A DNA stretch of 64,000 bases from Polyangiaceae bacterium (GCA_965222375.1 CBDCTZ010000015.1:256001-320000), one strand, 5' to 3'; counted from the first letter of the stretch, positions 17,682 to 28,312 are shown. Program-made: numbers and translations. Notes: generated by a model from the sequence alone, not told the origin.

Positions 17682-18978
17682 TCTCACAGGTTTCGGAAAA
17701 TTCGACTGGCCGACCGTGGAGCAAGCGGTCGAGCGTATTCGAGCGCGAAACTCCGAGTTGAGCGCCCTATGCCTCGACCTTTCGGCGCAAGCGCTGCGAC
17801 AGACAGCCCAGGACGATCCGCGCCAGAGCGCCTCGCCCCTTGGCGGCGTTCCCTACAGCCTAAAGGACGTTTGGGACACGACAGCGTGGCCGACGACCGC
17901 CGGCTCCCTGCGCCACCAAGGGCGGCACGGCGCTTCGGATAGTGCCTTGGTGCGCGCGCTTTCCCGCGCCGGCGCCGTTCTGGTCGGAAAGAGCAACGTT
18001 CCAGATCTGGCTGCCACTCCGGAGTGCGCCAACTTGAGCTTCGGAGTGACCAAGAACCCTCACGACATTTCGCGGACGTCTGGCGGCTCGAGCGGTGGCG
18101 CTGCCGCAGCGGTAGCCAGTGGGATGGCCGCGTTTGACTGGGGCTCGGACTTTGGTGGCAGCATCCGACTGCCCGCGGCCTTTTGTGGCGTGGTGGGGCT
18201 TCGTCTTTCCGCTCACGCCTGGCCGGTTTCGGGTCACTTTCCCTTCGTTCCACCCGAGCTCGGGCTCCACGGTCAGGGCCCCTTGGCGCGCACCGTGCCG
18301 GGCGTGCGACGAGTGAGGGACGCGCTGGCTTCCAAGTTGAGGGTGCCGCGCCCCGGCGGCTTCGAACTGCGAGGGGTGGTGGTGCTTGGTGTGGACGATT
18401 TCGCAAGGGGCGAGTGGCCCTACGCTGAAAAAGAAATCAGCGAGGCCGTTGGCGCCGCCGGCCTTCGAACGCATAAGGTGAGCCTGGCAACGCCCCGGGA
18501 GGTTCACCATGCGTTCGCTGCATTGCTGTCCGATCACTGGCGTCGCATCTTCGGTGGTCGCGCCCCCGGAGCGGCCCTCCGGGCTCTGACCATCGACTTC
18601 GGCGCGCAGCGCCTGCACCCGCATACCCGCAGGATTCTCGCCGAACTCGCGATTGCAAACGCCAGCGTCTATAGAAACCGCAGCCGAACTGCCGCAGCGG
18701 TGTCGGAGATCCGCGAACTTGCCCAAGCCGCCTTTGATCGCGGCCTGCTCGTTGCGTCTCCAACCACGACCTTCCCAGCCCCGCAGCTGGGCGGTGCTCA
18801 TGCACTGCGCAGCCTGGGTGCTTTCGTCAAGCTCGGCAACCTCCTGGATGCCACTGCCCTGGCGATCCCATTTGGGCGCTTCGCCTCCGGAATGCCACGA
18901 AGCCTGCAGCTGCTAGGGCCGGCGGCGGCGGAGGACAGCATTCTGGAGCTGGGGGAAGCGCTATTCAGCCCCAACTGA
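17671..18978 (+). CDS. Amidase signature family enzyme
   Basis: GVPYSLKD, SGGSSGG, GSDFGGSIRLPAAFCG. Confidence 0.93.
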   Translation: MPADLTGFGKFDWPTVEQAVERIRARNSELSALCLDLSAQALRQTAQDDPRQSASPLGGVPYSLKDVWDTTAWPTTAGSLRHQGRHGASDSALVRALSRAGAVLVGKSNVPDLAATPECANLSFGVTKNPHDISRTSGGSSGGAAAAVASGMAAFDWGSDFGGSIRLPAAFCGVVGLRLSAHAWPVSGHFPFVPPELGLHGQGPLARTVPGVRRVRDALASKLRVPRPGGFELRGVVVLGVDDFARGEWPYAEKEISEAVGAAGLRTHKVSLATPREVHHAFAALLSDHWRRIFGGRAPGAALRALTIDFGAQRLHPHTRRILAELAIANASVYRNRSRTAAAVSEIRELAQAAFDRGLLVASPTTTFPAPQLGGAHALRSLGAFVKLGNLLDATALAIPFGRFASGMPRSLQLLGPAAAEDSILELGEALFSPN

Positions 18979-19833
18979 ATTCGCGACCACTACGCCCAAG
19001 CGAGCTTTTCTCTGCTGAAGCAACACCACCACGCCTCCGGCCGCCAGTACCGCGCCAAAAGCCATCGGGGCGACTTCGATTTCTCGCTCCTCCACGCTGG
19101 TAGAAAACCGCACCACCAACAGCACGACCGCATTGTAAACGCCGTGGGCGATCACGCTCACGCTGAGTGAGTCCGTGCACAGACGAGCAAATGCGAACGC
19201 CACGCCCAGCAGCATCGTGCCAGCCGCCTGAGTGGGCTCGAGGTGAAACAGCCCGAACAGGATGCTCGGCACGACGACCGCGACAGCCATGCTATTGCGA
19301 AACGCGGCGGTGATGAGCCCGCGAAATAGAAGCTCTTCCACCACGGCAGGAACGATAGACAGGCAAACCAGCAGCAAGATGAGTTCGGCGTCCGACGCGC
19401 CTCGAGCGGCCGCCACGACAACCCGCGACGCGGTCACGTCGTTTTGAACGACGCGATGGACGAGTTCGCCTACGGTTTCCGCGAAGGGCGCCGTCCCAAA
19501 GGTGAGCATCAGAGCGCCCACGACGGCGGCGGGGCGTGGCGTCGAAAACCGGAACTCTGCCCGAGGCAAACGCAGCTTGAACCACCACAAGCCGAACGCG
19601 CACAACGCGGCAGCCTCGTTAACGAGGGTGCCCAGGGCGATCCACGTGGGGTCGTTGAGCAGGGGCGACTTGTCGGGATCCGAGAGCAGCTCCCGCGCGC
19701 CACCGCCGTGGGTGGCGGCAACGACCAATCCAAACGCAAAACTCGCCAGCAGCAGAAAAAGCGCTGCGGTCAGCCACACCAAGAGCGCCTGGAGGGGCGA
19801 AACCAACGGGCGTGATGTGCGTTCCTCGGGCAC
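18961..19833 (-). CDS. CPBP family intramembrane protease (Abi / type II CAAX)
   Basis: EELLFRG, FGLFH, HGVYN motifs; multiple TM segments. Confidence 0.93.
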   Translation of the reverse strand: MPEERTSRPLVSPLQALLVWLTAALFLLLASFAFGLVVAATHGGGARELLSDPDKSPLLNDPTWIALGTLVNEAAALCAFGLWWFKLRLPRAEFRFSTPRPAAVVGALMLTFGTAPFAETVGELVHRVVQNDVTASRVVVAAARGASDAELILLLVCLSIVPAVVEELLFRGLITAAFRNSMAVAVVVPSILFGLFHLEPTQAAGTMLLGVAFAFARLCTDSLSVSVIAHGVYNAVVLLVVRFSTSVEEREIEVAPMAFGAVLAAGGVVVLLQQRKARLGVVVANSVGAE

Positions 19834-20012
19834 GAACCCGCGAGCCTAGCTCGCCTGGTCGGGCGCGTCGCCGCCGCAGACTCGAGCAAATCCGCATGGG
19901 CCTTCCTGCCGCGTATCACCCCGTGCTCAAACGGCTTTTTGCCTGGCCGGAAACAAACCGCCGCTTTCGTGCCGAATGAAATGGCCTGAGGTATCGTCCA
20001 CCGAAGACGAAC

Positions 20013-20810
20013 ATGAAAGCTCGCGGACTCATATTTCTCGCCTTAGGCATCAGTTTCCTGGCGTGCAGCAGTGAAAAAAGCGGCAGCCCAGCCGTGGACC
20101 CCTACCGCTCGGAGGACTCCTTCTGCGGCGAGTGGGCCAAAGCTGCCTGCAACAAGACCGTGGTGGACAAATGCTCGGGCGGCGGCGACAACACCGCTGC
20201 TTGCGCGCAGAAGCAGGCCAGCTGGTGCCTGTCGGCATTGCCCGAGAACTACTCCCCCAAGAAGGCGAAGGCCTGCGTGGACGCAGTCCGCAAGGCTTAC
20301 GCGGACTCCAAGCTCACCGCTGAAGAGATCAAGATCGTGCGGTTCTTTGCCGAGCCCTGCCACCAGCTGAGCCAGGGGCCGAAGTCTGAAGGTGACACAT
20401 GCACGCGAACGTCGGATTGCGACACCATCGCAGACGTAAACTGCATCATTCGCCCGGGCGAGGCGGAAGGCAGCTGTGAAACCGCCATCGAAGCAGGTGG
20501 CGGGGACCCTTGTAGCGACAAGAATGTGATCTGCGCGGATACGCACTACTGCGACGGTGCCAATTGTCTAACCAAGCTGCAGGAAGGCAAGACTTGCGAC
20601 GCGACCATGCCATGTGCTCCCGGTTTACGTTGCGTCGACATGTCTGGAACCTTCACATGCGTTGCCAAGCTGGGAACCGCGGCCGTCTGCACTGTGGACG
20701 ACGAGTGCGTCAGTGGAGTCTGTGCAAAGGGCACCGGTGCCGCGGACGGAAAGTGTGTGGAAAACCTCGAACTCGGTGTAACCGTCGCCCTCTGCGACGA
20801 CCTCTCCTGA
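20013..20810 (+). CDS. Cys-rich lipoprotein
   Basis: Lipobox FLAC; more than 20 Cys. Confidence 0.85.
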   Translation: MKARGLIFLALGISFLACSSEKSGSPAVDPYRSEDSFCGEWAKAACNKTVVDKCSGGGDNTAACAQKQASWCLSALPENYSPKKAKACVDAVRKAYADSKLTAEEIKIVRFFAEPCHQLSQGPKSEGDTCTRTSDCDTIADVNCIIRPGEAEGSCETAIEAGGGDPCSDKNVICADTHYCDGANCLTKLQEGKTCDATMPCAPGLRCVDMSGTFTCVAKLGTAAVCTVDDECVSGVCAKGTGAADGKCVENLELGVTVALCDDLS

Positions 20811-20904
20811 ATCATCCCGAGCCCGCACCCAGGCAATTGCCGCAATCTGCGGCATGGTGCTTCTCAGCTTGACCGCACGCCCGCGGGGGCGTTTCAATCC
20901 CCGC

Positions 20905-21675
20905 ATGTCGCGCGCAGGTCAGATTGGGGTTGGGATCTTGAGTGCTCTGTTGCCGTTTGCTTCGGGCTGCGACGACAGTCCACCCCCCAAGAACCCCTTC
21001 GACCCGTCCCCCTCGGCCACCAAAGCGCCGCCCCCGATCAAGGAGACTCCAAAGCCCAAAGGTGCCCCGCACCTGAGCATCGACGACCTGGGGCCAAAAA
21101 TAGGCTTCAGTCGCGTTCTATTGGACAAGCCTGAAGGCCGCGCGAAGCTGGACAAAGAGCTCGAGGAGAACAAGGCGCACTTCGACGGAAAAGAAGCGAC
21201 GCTGACCATTATTCGCAAGGCAAAGCTGGCTCACGTGGTCAGCATGGTCGAGGCGCTAGAGAAGATCGGTGCGACCAAGATCATCATCAAGACCGACACG
21301 CGCAAAGAGTACCCAGCTCAGCTCGCTTTCACCCCGCAAGGCAAAGCAGAGGAGCTGGCATCCTGCACGGTCGTTGGCATGGTCCTCGCAGATCGCGGCA
21401 CGGCAATCTGGAAGATCGCGGGTGGAACGGCGAGCAAGCGAACCAAGGGCTTCGCCGGCCCCGACCTCACGATGACCGGAGAGACCATCGAGCGCTACGC
21501 CAAGGCTTGCAAGAACTCCTCGACCTTCCTGGTCTCCGCTGCTGAAGAGATCGAGTGGGGCCTCGTGTACGACCTGGCGGCATCTACCAAAAAGCTCGAA
21601 GATGCCAAGTTCGACCGCTATGTGCTGCTGTTGGAGACACCCATCGCTGGCAGAAAAGTCAACGTCGGCGGCTAA
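20905..21675 (+). CDS. Lipoprotein, possibly with an ExbD-like domain
   Basis: Signal ending ASGC; Pro-rich linker; beta-alpha segment resembling the ExbD periplasmic domain. Confidence 0.6.
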   Translation: MSRAGQIGVGILSALLPFASGCDDSPPPKNPFDPSPSATKAPPPIKETPKPKGAPHLSIDDLGPKIGFSRVLLDKPEGRAKLDKELEENKAHFDGKEATLTIIRKAKLAHVVSMVEALEKIGATKIIIKTDTRKEYPAQLAFTPQGKAEELASCTVVGMVLADRGTAIWKIAGGTASKRTKGFAGPDLTMTGETIERYAKACKNSSTFLVSAAEEIEWGLVYDLAASTKKLEDAKFDRYVLLLETPIAGRKVNVGG

Positions 21676-21705
21676 CGGAACGCCGACCTGGGTTATATTC
21701 CCGCC

Positions 21706-22317
21706 GTGAAATTTCGAACCTTGCTGCTAGGCCATCGAGACGACCATCAGAAAGAGCGGCTCACGGATACGCTCGATCGCATGGATCCACAGAGCCGGCT
21801 GTGGACGGCTATGAGTATCACCAAGGAGGAGCAGCGCGCGTTGTGGGAGATGTTTGAGTCGGACAGTTCCGATGCGGCGCAGTTCGTTCCGACGGGCACG
21901 GACCCGCTCAAGGAAGTGATCCACCATGGAAAGAACACGCTGCCAGCGTTCAACTTCTTTCAGAAGCGCTTCTGCTTGAGCGACGACGGTTCGGGTGATC
22001 TCTGGGGCTACAACCACGGCGAAACCGCTTTCGCGACCGGCCCCGGCTACTACGTGGCGCATCCCACAGGTGATGAAGAGAAGCCGCCGTCGGGCTTCGT
22101 CATCGACTACACTCGATTGCCTAAGAAGAAGCCCGATAGTTGGCCCGAGATTCTGAAGAACGAAGCCAAGCTTGGGAGGTTCGTCTACTCCGGGATGAAG
22201 GACTACATGCGGAAGGTCAGCGAGCATGTATCCATCGGCCGCGCCTACAAGGGCGGCAAACCCATGAACGCCTGGTTCTTGCTGTGTCGAGAGGACCCAG
22301 CCGAAGACGACTCCTGA
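21706..22317 (+). CDS. Hypothetical protein
   Basis: 203-aa ORF with natural composition (VIDYT, DYMRKVSEHVSIGRAY). Confidence 0.75.
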   Translation: MKFRTLLLGHRDDHQKERLTDTLDRMDPQSRLWTAMSITKEEQRALWEMFESDSSDAAQFVPTGTDPLKEVIHHGKNTLPAFNFFQKRFCLSDDGSGDLWGYNHGETAFATGPGYYVAHPTGDEEKPPSGFVIDYTRLPKKKPDSWPEILKNEAKLGRFVYSGMKDYMRKVSEHVSIGRAYKGGKPMNAWFLLCREDPAEDDS

Positions 22318-22392
22318 ACCTCTGGCCACGCAAATCCGAGTAATTTTCCCGAAACTGCGCAGGCTGGCGGGTTTCGAGCTATCGTCACGGTA

Positions 22393-24669
22393 ATGGCAGC
22401 CGGGTCGCGTACGCTAGGTCGCTACGAACTCATCTCCGAGTTGGCCAAGGGTCAACTCGGGTCCATCTGGTCCGCCAAGACGACCGGCAGCGACGGAGAC
22501 GTGAAGCTGGCGATGATTCGGCGGGTGCCCACGAGCGCTCCGGTCACCAAGGACGAGATCGACCAACTCTCCGAGGGCGCCTGGTGGGCCCTGGAGCTGG
22601 TGCACGACAACGTCGCGCGCACCACCGACGTCGTCATGGTCGACGGCGAGCTGGGCGTTGCAATGGAATATGTCGAGGGCGAAGTGCTTCGCTCGCTGTT
22701 ACGGCTCGCCAGTTTCAAGCGCAAAGCCATCCCGGTCGCGGTCGGCATCCGCATTGCGCTGGACGCCCTAGAAGCGATCGGTCTGCTGGCTGCGGACGCG
22801 CCTCCCATCAGCGGCGCAGGGCACAGCCTCGGCTTCGGTGGGCTCGTGCCAGACAGCCTGCTCGTAGGTTCGGATGGCACGACGCGGGTGATGGATGCCG
22901 GAGTGTCAGCGGCTGCATCGCATATTCAGCCCCTGAACCGCCATCCGGAAATGACCGCCTACGCGTCACCAGAACAATTGGAAGGCGAGGTGCTGGACCA
23001 ACGGGCTAGCGTGTACGCCATCGGCGCGATGCTTTGGGAGATGCTCGCTGGCAAACGCCTGTATGTGGGTTCGACTCAATCCGCAGTCGCCGAGAAAGTG
23101 AAGGCCGGCGGTGCGGCCCGCCTGGACGCTCACAAACCCGTGGGCGGCGAGGAGATCTCCGCGGAGATTGCCGACATCGTTGAAAAGGCCTTGGCCACGA
23201 ATCGAGACGACCGCTACGAAAGCGCCGAGGCGTTCGCCACTGCTTTGAAAGAAGCTTCCAACGTGGCCGACCATGCCGACGTCGGGAAGTTCGTGGAGGA
23301 GCTTGCAGGCAACACCTTGAACACCCGGCGCAAAGTCATCGAGCGTGCCTCCGGGAGCGGGCCCAAGGTCGCAGCGAAGGCCGCGGCCAAGCCGGCCGCG
23401 ACGCCGAAACCTCGCGGCGCCGCTAAAAGCCCGAAGTCACCCGCGGCGGCACCGCCGGCGAAACCCGCCGCCGCACAGAGCCCCAAGCCCCCCGGGGCGG
23501 CACTTCCACCAAAACCCGTTGCCCGGGGCGCCAAACCGCCCGCACGCAAACAAACCCTTCTGGGTATTGCGCCGGCCGCGGAGGTGCCCCCGCCACCGGC
23601 CCGCGACAAGCTGGAATCCCTGGACTCCGAACTGCTGGAGGTCATGGAGGATTCCGGCTCAATCGACGTCAAATCCCTCACCAAAGAGGCTCAGGACAAG
23701 AGCGCGGCGACGGACGACTCGACCGAGGATGCGGACGAGGCCGAGAGCAATCCCTTCGAAGCCGCGGCGGCAGCGGGCGTCGGTGGCGCGCCTTGGAACA
23801 TGACTGCCACAGCGGGCTCGAAAGAAGAGGAGGAAGACGACGCCAAAGCCGCTGATGGCGAAGCCGGACAGGCAAATGCAGGCAAAGAGGCAGATCGCGC
23901 AGAAGCGAACAAGCCCATCAAGACCCAACTCTTCGGTACTCCCGCAGACGCGAACCAAGAGCCCCCGGCCTCGTTGGATCCGGACAATCTCGAGCCGATT
24001 TCCATTTCCGACATCTCCGAAGATTCCAAGAAAGGCGAAGACGAGAGCGCCAACGCCCAGGCCGTATCGGCAAAGCTTCCACCCCGTGGGCTCGATCAGC
24101 CTCAGCCTTCCAAGCCCGTCATCATCGTGGACGACTCGAAGGCAGAATCCGCCGATGACGACGACGACAAAGAAGAAAAAGAGGAGTCCGAGAAGGACGA
24201 CTCGGCCGTCGCGTGGATTGGGCCTCCGCCCGGCGAAGCGCTGGCTGATGTAGACCTCGACGAATCTGAGCCACCGGTCTCCATCCGCACCAAGAAGGCG
24301 CGCAAGATGGTGACCTACATCATGGCTGGTCTTGGCGGGGTCGTCTTGATTGGCATTATCGTCGTGGCCCTGAGGGGCGGCGACGAGGAGCCGACCAACG
24401 AAACCGTCAAGGAACAACCAACTGCGTCGGCCCCCGCGAAAGCTGAGCCGGCGCCCAAGCCCCCTGAGCCTCCGAAGGAAGAGCCCAAGGAGCAGCCCAA
24501 GGAAGAACCCAAAGAGGAGCCGGAGGAGGAGCCCGAAGAGGAGCCGGAAGCTGCGCCCGAACCGGCGCCCAAGCCCGTATCCCGGCCTACAACCAGTCGG
24601 CCCCGTCCGCGGCCACGGCCACGGCCACGACCCAAACCCAAACCAACCTTCACCCCGAAGGGGATCTGA
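22393..24669 (+). CDS. Membrane Ser/Thr protein kinase-like protein (probable pseudokinase)
   Basis: Kinase fold (YELISELAKG, MEYVEG, YASPEQ, LWEMLAG) with substituted catalytic motifs; long acidic/Pro linker; one TM helix; EEP and RP repeats. Confidence 0.88.
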   Translation: MAAGSRTLGRYELISELAKGQLGSIWSAKTTGSDGDVKLAMIRRVPTSAPVTKDEIDQLSEGAWWALELVHDNVARTTDVVMVDGELGVAMEYVEGEVLRSLLRLASFKRKAIPVAVGIRIALDALEAIGLLAADAPPISGAGHSLGFGGLVPDSLLVGSDGTTRVMDAGVSAAASHIQPLNRHPEMTAYASPEQLEGEVLDQRASVYAIGAMLWEMLAGKRLYVGSTQSAVAEKVKAGGAARLDAHKPVGGEEISAEIADIVEKALATNRDDRYESAEAFATALKEASNVADHADVGKFVEELAGNTLNTRRKVIERASGSGPKVAAKAAAKPAATPKPRGAAKSPKSPAAAPPAKPAAAQSPKPPGAALPPKPVARGAKPPARKQTLLGIAPAAEVPPPPARDKLESLDSELLEVMEDSGSIDVKSLTKEAQDKSAATDDSTEDADEAESNPFEAAAAAGVGGAPWNMTATAGSKEEEEDDAKAADGEAGQANAGKEADRAEANKPIKTQLFGTPADANQEPPASLDPDNLEPISISDISEDSKKGEDESANAQAVSAKLPPRGLDQPQPSKPVIIVDDSKAESADDDDDKEEKEESEKDDSAVAWIGPPPGEALADVDLDESEPPVSIRTKKARKMVTYIMAGLGGVVLIGIIVVALRGGDEEPTNETVKEQPTASAPAKAEPAPKPPEPPKEEPKEQPKEEPKEEPEEEPEEEPEAAPEPAPKPVSRPTTSRPRPRPRPRPRPKPKPTFTPKGI

Positions 24670-24678
24670 GAGAAACTC

Positions 24679-25704
24679 ATGCGCATGGCTGGACGGCGTC
24701 CGCTTCGACTAGTTCGCTCCTGTACTTTGAGTTTGGCCCTCGCCCTCGGCGCGGGGCTTTGCCTCGCTCAAGGCGCAAGCCTGGATACGGCAACCGCTGC
24801 CCAGAAAACGGCGGCGCAGAAAGCGTTCTTGAAAGGCGCCAAGGCTTCGAAGAAAGGCAAGCACGAAGAGGCACTCGCGGGTTTCAAGGAAAGCTACGAC
24901 GCCGTCGCGAGCCCCAACTCGCATCTGATGTATGCGCGCGAGCTGGTCGCCCTGGAGCGCTACGCCGAGGCCTATCAAGAGTTCGAGAAGATCATTCCCG
25001 AGGCTCAGGCGGCCGCAAGCATCGACAAGAAGTACCAGCAAGCGGCGGATGCCGCCCGGGCTGACATGTCGGAACTCGAGTCCAAGATCGCCCTCGTCAC
25101 CGTCACAGGCGCCGGGGAAGGGGATATCATCCGCGTGCAAGGCCAGGAGGTGCCCAAGGAGCGTTGGGGGCAGCCGGTTGCGGTGATGCCTGGCAGCGTG
25201 AAAGTCGAACTCGTCAGTTCTTCAGGTCGAGAGACCTCGAAAGAAGTGGACGCCGCAGCCGGTGCACGCGTGGACGTGGACATGACTGCAGTTGCCGGGC
25301 CTGCGCCCGAAACTCCGAAGGAAGAGGGGACCGTCTCCACGGATTCCAGCAAGTGGGACAAGCGAACCTGGGCGTATGTCGCCGGCGGCGTAGGGGTCGC
25401 GGGAATCGTGACCTTCGGCGTGTTCGGCGCCTTGGCCAACTCCAAACACAGCAAGTTGGAGGACGAATGCGGCAGCGGTGCCTGCCCAAGCAATTTGGAA
25501 GGCGACCGTGATACGGGCCAAACCTATCAGACCGTCGCAAATGTAGGACTCGTCGTCGGTATCGTCGGTCTGGGCGCAGGGACAGCCCTCTACTTGATGA
25601 GCGACGAGAAATCCGAGAAGCAGGCGCGCAAAAAGCCCGCACCGAAGCCTCGCGTCGATGTGGGCGTGGGCTATCAGTCCGTGACCGTCTTCGGCACCTT
25701 TTGA
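24679..25704 (+). CDS. Secreted TPR and PEGA-like domain protein
   Basis: Signal peptide; TPR-like helices; beta domain; hydrophobic hairpin; terminal ...VTVFGTF. Confidence 0.8.
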   Translation: MRMAGRRPLRLVRSCTLSLALALGAGLCLAQGASLDTATAAQKTAAQKAFLKGAKASKKGKHEEALAGFKESYDAVASPNSHLMYARELVALERYAEAYQEFEKIIPEAQAAASIDKKYQQAADAARADMSELESKIALVTVTGAGEGDIIRVQGQEVPKERWGQPVAVMPGSVKVELVSSSGRETSKEVDAAAGARVDVDMTAVAGPAPETPKEEGTVSTDSSKWDKRTWAYVAGGVGVAGIVTFGVFGALANSKHSKLEDECGSGACPSNLEGDRDTGQTYQTVANVGLVVGIVGLGAGTALYLMSDEKSEKQARKKPAPKPRVDVGVGYQSVTVFGTF

Positions 25705-25812
25705 GCAAATCTCTCTGAGTTTGCGAAAGTCGGGCATGAGTTCGGCCGCCCGCGTGTTCGGCTTGACGTCGAGGGCACCGGGACACAACACTCGGGATCC
25801 CGACCTTCCATC

Positions 25813-26883
25813 ATGGCCACCGCTAAGACACGGAAACGCAAGGCAAAACGGGCGAAAGCACCGTCGATGCCCGAATCAGATACCGGCTCTGCGGATGCGG
25901 AAGATGGCGACGGAGAACTGACCGACGACGCCATCGAGCGAGAGGGCGTCATCGAGACGACCGCCGAGGTCATGGACGACAAGGACCTGAGCAAGGTCGT
26001 CAAGAAGAAGAGCACCGAAACGGCAATAAGCCGTGTCGACCCGATGCAGATCTACATGCGGGAGGTGCAGCGCCACCCGCTGCTCACGCCGCAAGAGGAG
26101 CATGAGCTCGCCGTCCGCTACGCGGAGACCCAGGACGTAGAAGCCGCCGCCCGCATGGTCACGGCCAACCTTCGGCTAGTGGTGAAGATTGCCTACGAGT
26201 ATCGGCGCGCCTACCGCAACATGATGGATCTCGTTCAGGAGGGGAACATCGGCCTGATGCAGGCCGTGAAGCGCTACGACCCATATCGCGGAGTGAAGTT
26301 GTCCAGCTACTCCGCCTGGTGGATCCGGGCCTACATCCTGCGATTCATCCTGAACAACTGGCGCATGGTGAAGATCGGCACCACCCAGGCTCAACGCAAG
26401 TTGTTCTTCAACTTGAACAAGGAGAAGGCAAAGCTCACGGCAATGGGCATCGAACCGACCCATGCCGAAATCGCCAAACGCTTGAACGTCGGCGAGAAGG
26501 AAGTCGTGGAGATGGATCGTCGCCTATCACGTGGCGACGCCTCGTTGGATGCACCCGTCGGTGAGTCCGATGGACGCCAAACCAGTCGCGTGGAGCTGCT
26601 TCCATCCTCTAGCCGCGGCCCCGGAGAATTGGCCGAGAGCATGGAAATCCAGGACATTGTTCGGCAAAAGCTGGACGAATTCCGGGAGACCTTGTCGGGC
26701 AAAGACTTGAGTATCTTCAACAAGCGCCTGGTCGCCGAAGACCCGCTGACTCTGCAGCAGTTGGGAGATGAGTTCGGTGTTTCCAGGGAGCGGGTGCGCC
26801 AACTGGAAGCGCGCCTGACGGGCAAGTTGCGCACCTTCCTGCGCGAGACCCTTGGGGATGCCGTGGGCGTTGGCGGGCAATGA
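25813..26883 (+). CDS. rpoH: RNA polymerase sigma factor, sigma-32/RpoH type
   Basis: [21 protein letters not shown], RpoH box [19 protein letters not shown]. Confidence 0.9.
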   Translation: MATAKTRKRKAKRAKAPSMPESDTGSADAEDGDGELTDDAIEREGVIETTAEVMDDKDLSKVVKKKSTETAISRVDPMQIYMREVQRHPLLTPQEEHELAVRYAETQDVEAAARMVTANLRLVVKIAYEYRRAYRNMMDLVQEGNIGLMQAVKRYDPYRGVKLSSYSAWWIRAYILRFILNNWRMVKIGTTQAQRKLFFNLNKEKAKLTAMGIEPTHAEIAKRLNVGEKEVVEMDRRLSRGDASLDAPVGESDGRQTSRVELLPSSSRGPGELAESMEIQDIVRQKLDEFRETLSGKDLSIFNKRLVAEDPLTLQQLGDEFGVSRERVRQLEARLTGKLRTFLRETLGDAVGVGGQ

Positions 26884-27734
26884 CCCTCCCAAGCGAAGAG
26901 CGGGGCTCGCTCTTCGTCGTCGGCACGCCGATAGGAAACCTGCAGGACATCACCCTGCGAGCCGTAGAGACTCTGAAGCAAGTGGCTGTGGTCGCGGCTG
27001 AAGACACCCGCCGGACACGCGCACTGCTGAGCCATCTAGGAATCTCCAAGAAGCAGTTGGTCGCAGTTGACGCCCATGCCGACTCGAGCCGGATCTCCAA
27101 AGTCGTCACGGCACTGAAAGAAGGCCGAAACGTAGCGCTGGTCACGGACGCCGGCATGCCCGGCATTAGCGACCCTGGCGCAGAACTGGTCCGTGCAGCT
27201 CGGGGCGAGGAAATCGCCGTTCACGTCATCCCGGGCCCCAGTGCCGTCACCGCCGCCGTTGCACTCTCCGGTCTGGTCGACGGTCCCTTCCTCTTCCTCG
27301 GTTTCCTGCCCCGAAAGGGAAAGAAGCGCCGAGATGCTCTGATGCGGCTCGCCGACACCGCGCTGCCTGCCGTGTTGTTCGAAGCACCCGCACGGCTCCA
27401 CACCACCCTATCCGAATTAGCTGAATCACAGCCTGACCGCTTGGCGAGCGTGTGTCGCGAACTCACGAAGTTGCACGAAGAGAGCCGTCAGGGAACCCTC
27501 GCGAGCTTGGCCGAAGAAGACTTGCCTGAACGGGGGGAGGTCACGATCGTTTTGGGCGCTTTCGAAGCCAGAAGGCATGACGAGCCGATCGAAGCGTTGA
27601 TCCCCGAAATCGACGCATTGCTCGAAGCAGGCCTCAGCGTGCGAGACGTGGCGAGCGAATTGTCAGAGCAGCGCGGCCACAGTCGGCGGGAGATCTTTCA
27701 ACTGGCCCTGACGCGGCGTAGCAAAGACGAGTAG
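26880..27734 (+). CDS. rsmI: 16S rRNA (cytidine1402-2'-O)-methyltransferase
   Basis: [39 protein letters not shown]. Confidence 0.96.
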   Translation: MTLPSEERGSLFVVGTPIGNLQDITLRAVETLKQVAVVAAEDTRRTRALLSHLGISKKQLVAVDAHADSSRISKVVTALKEGRNVALVTDAGMPGISDPGAELVRAARGEEIAVHVIPGPSAVTAAVALSGLVDGPFLFLGFLPRKGKKRRDALMRLADTALPAVLFEAPARLHTTLSELAESQPDRLASVCRELTKLHEESRQGTLASLAEEDLPERGEVTIVLGAFEARRHDEPIEALIPEIDALLEAGLSVRDVASELSEQRGHSRREIFQLALTRRSKDE

Positions 27735-27826
27735 ACATGGCCGAGGGTCTGTGGCTCACGCCCCCTCCGAAGCAGCAACCTCCGGACGACGATCTCGGGT
27801 TTTGAGCTCCAAGCAACCCTGAACGT

Positions 27827-28312
27827 TCAACGCGTTCTGCGTAATCGGACCTTGCGTAATCGGGATGCGTCGACCCATTCGTCCCACTCGCTGCCCCAGC
27901 CCGTGTAGTGAATCTTCGTCATCTTGCCTCGGCGCGCGATGACCCGAGCGGCCCACCAACTACCGCCCCAGGCGACCTCTACGCGCTCGTTCAACCGGGC
28001 GTTGGCGTGGGGTCCGGCAGGGCCAGCGGCACGGACGCGATCCGGCGTTGCCCATTCGTCCCATTCGCTGCCCCAACCCGTGTAGTGCACCTTCACAAGC
28101 CGGCCTCGGCGTTCCAGGATCGACCCATCCCACCAGCTACCACCCCACAAGATCTCGACCGCAGCAGCTCGCGGCGACGTTCGCGCGTCCGCGGCGATGG
28201 TGGCGCCACCGGTCGCCGGCACAGCTGGCCGCGGTTTTGGAGTAGCCGCCACACTCAGGGTGAAAAGCCCAACCGACAGCCACATCAAAACCGCAAAGAT
28301 CCCTCTCAACAT
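27827..28312 (-). CDS. Secreted protein with two Tudor-knot/chromo-barrel-like domains
   Basis: Signal peptide, then two copies of VExxWGGSWW...K[VI]HYTGWGSEWDEW. Confidence 0.8.
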   Translation of the reverse strand: MLRGIFAVLMWLSVGLFTLSVAATPKPRPAVPATGGATIAADARTSPRAAAVEILWGGSWWDGSILERRGRLVKVHYTGWGSEWDEWATPDRVRAAGPAGPHANARLNERVEVAWGGSWWAARVIARRGKMTKIHYTGWGSEWDEWVDASRLRKVRLRRTR

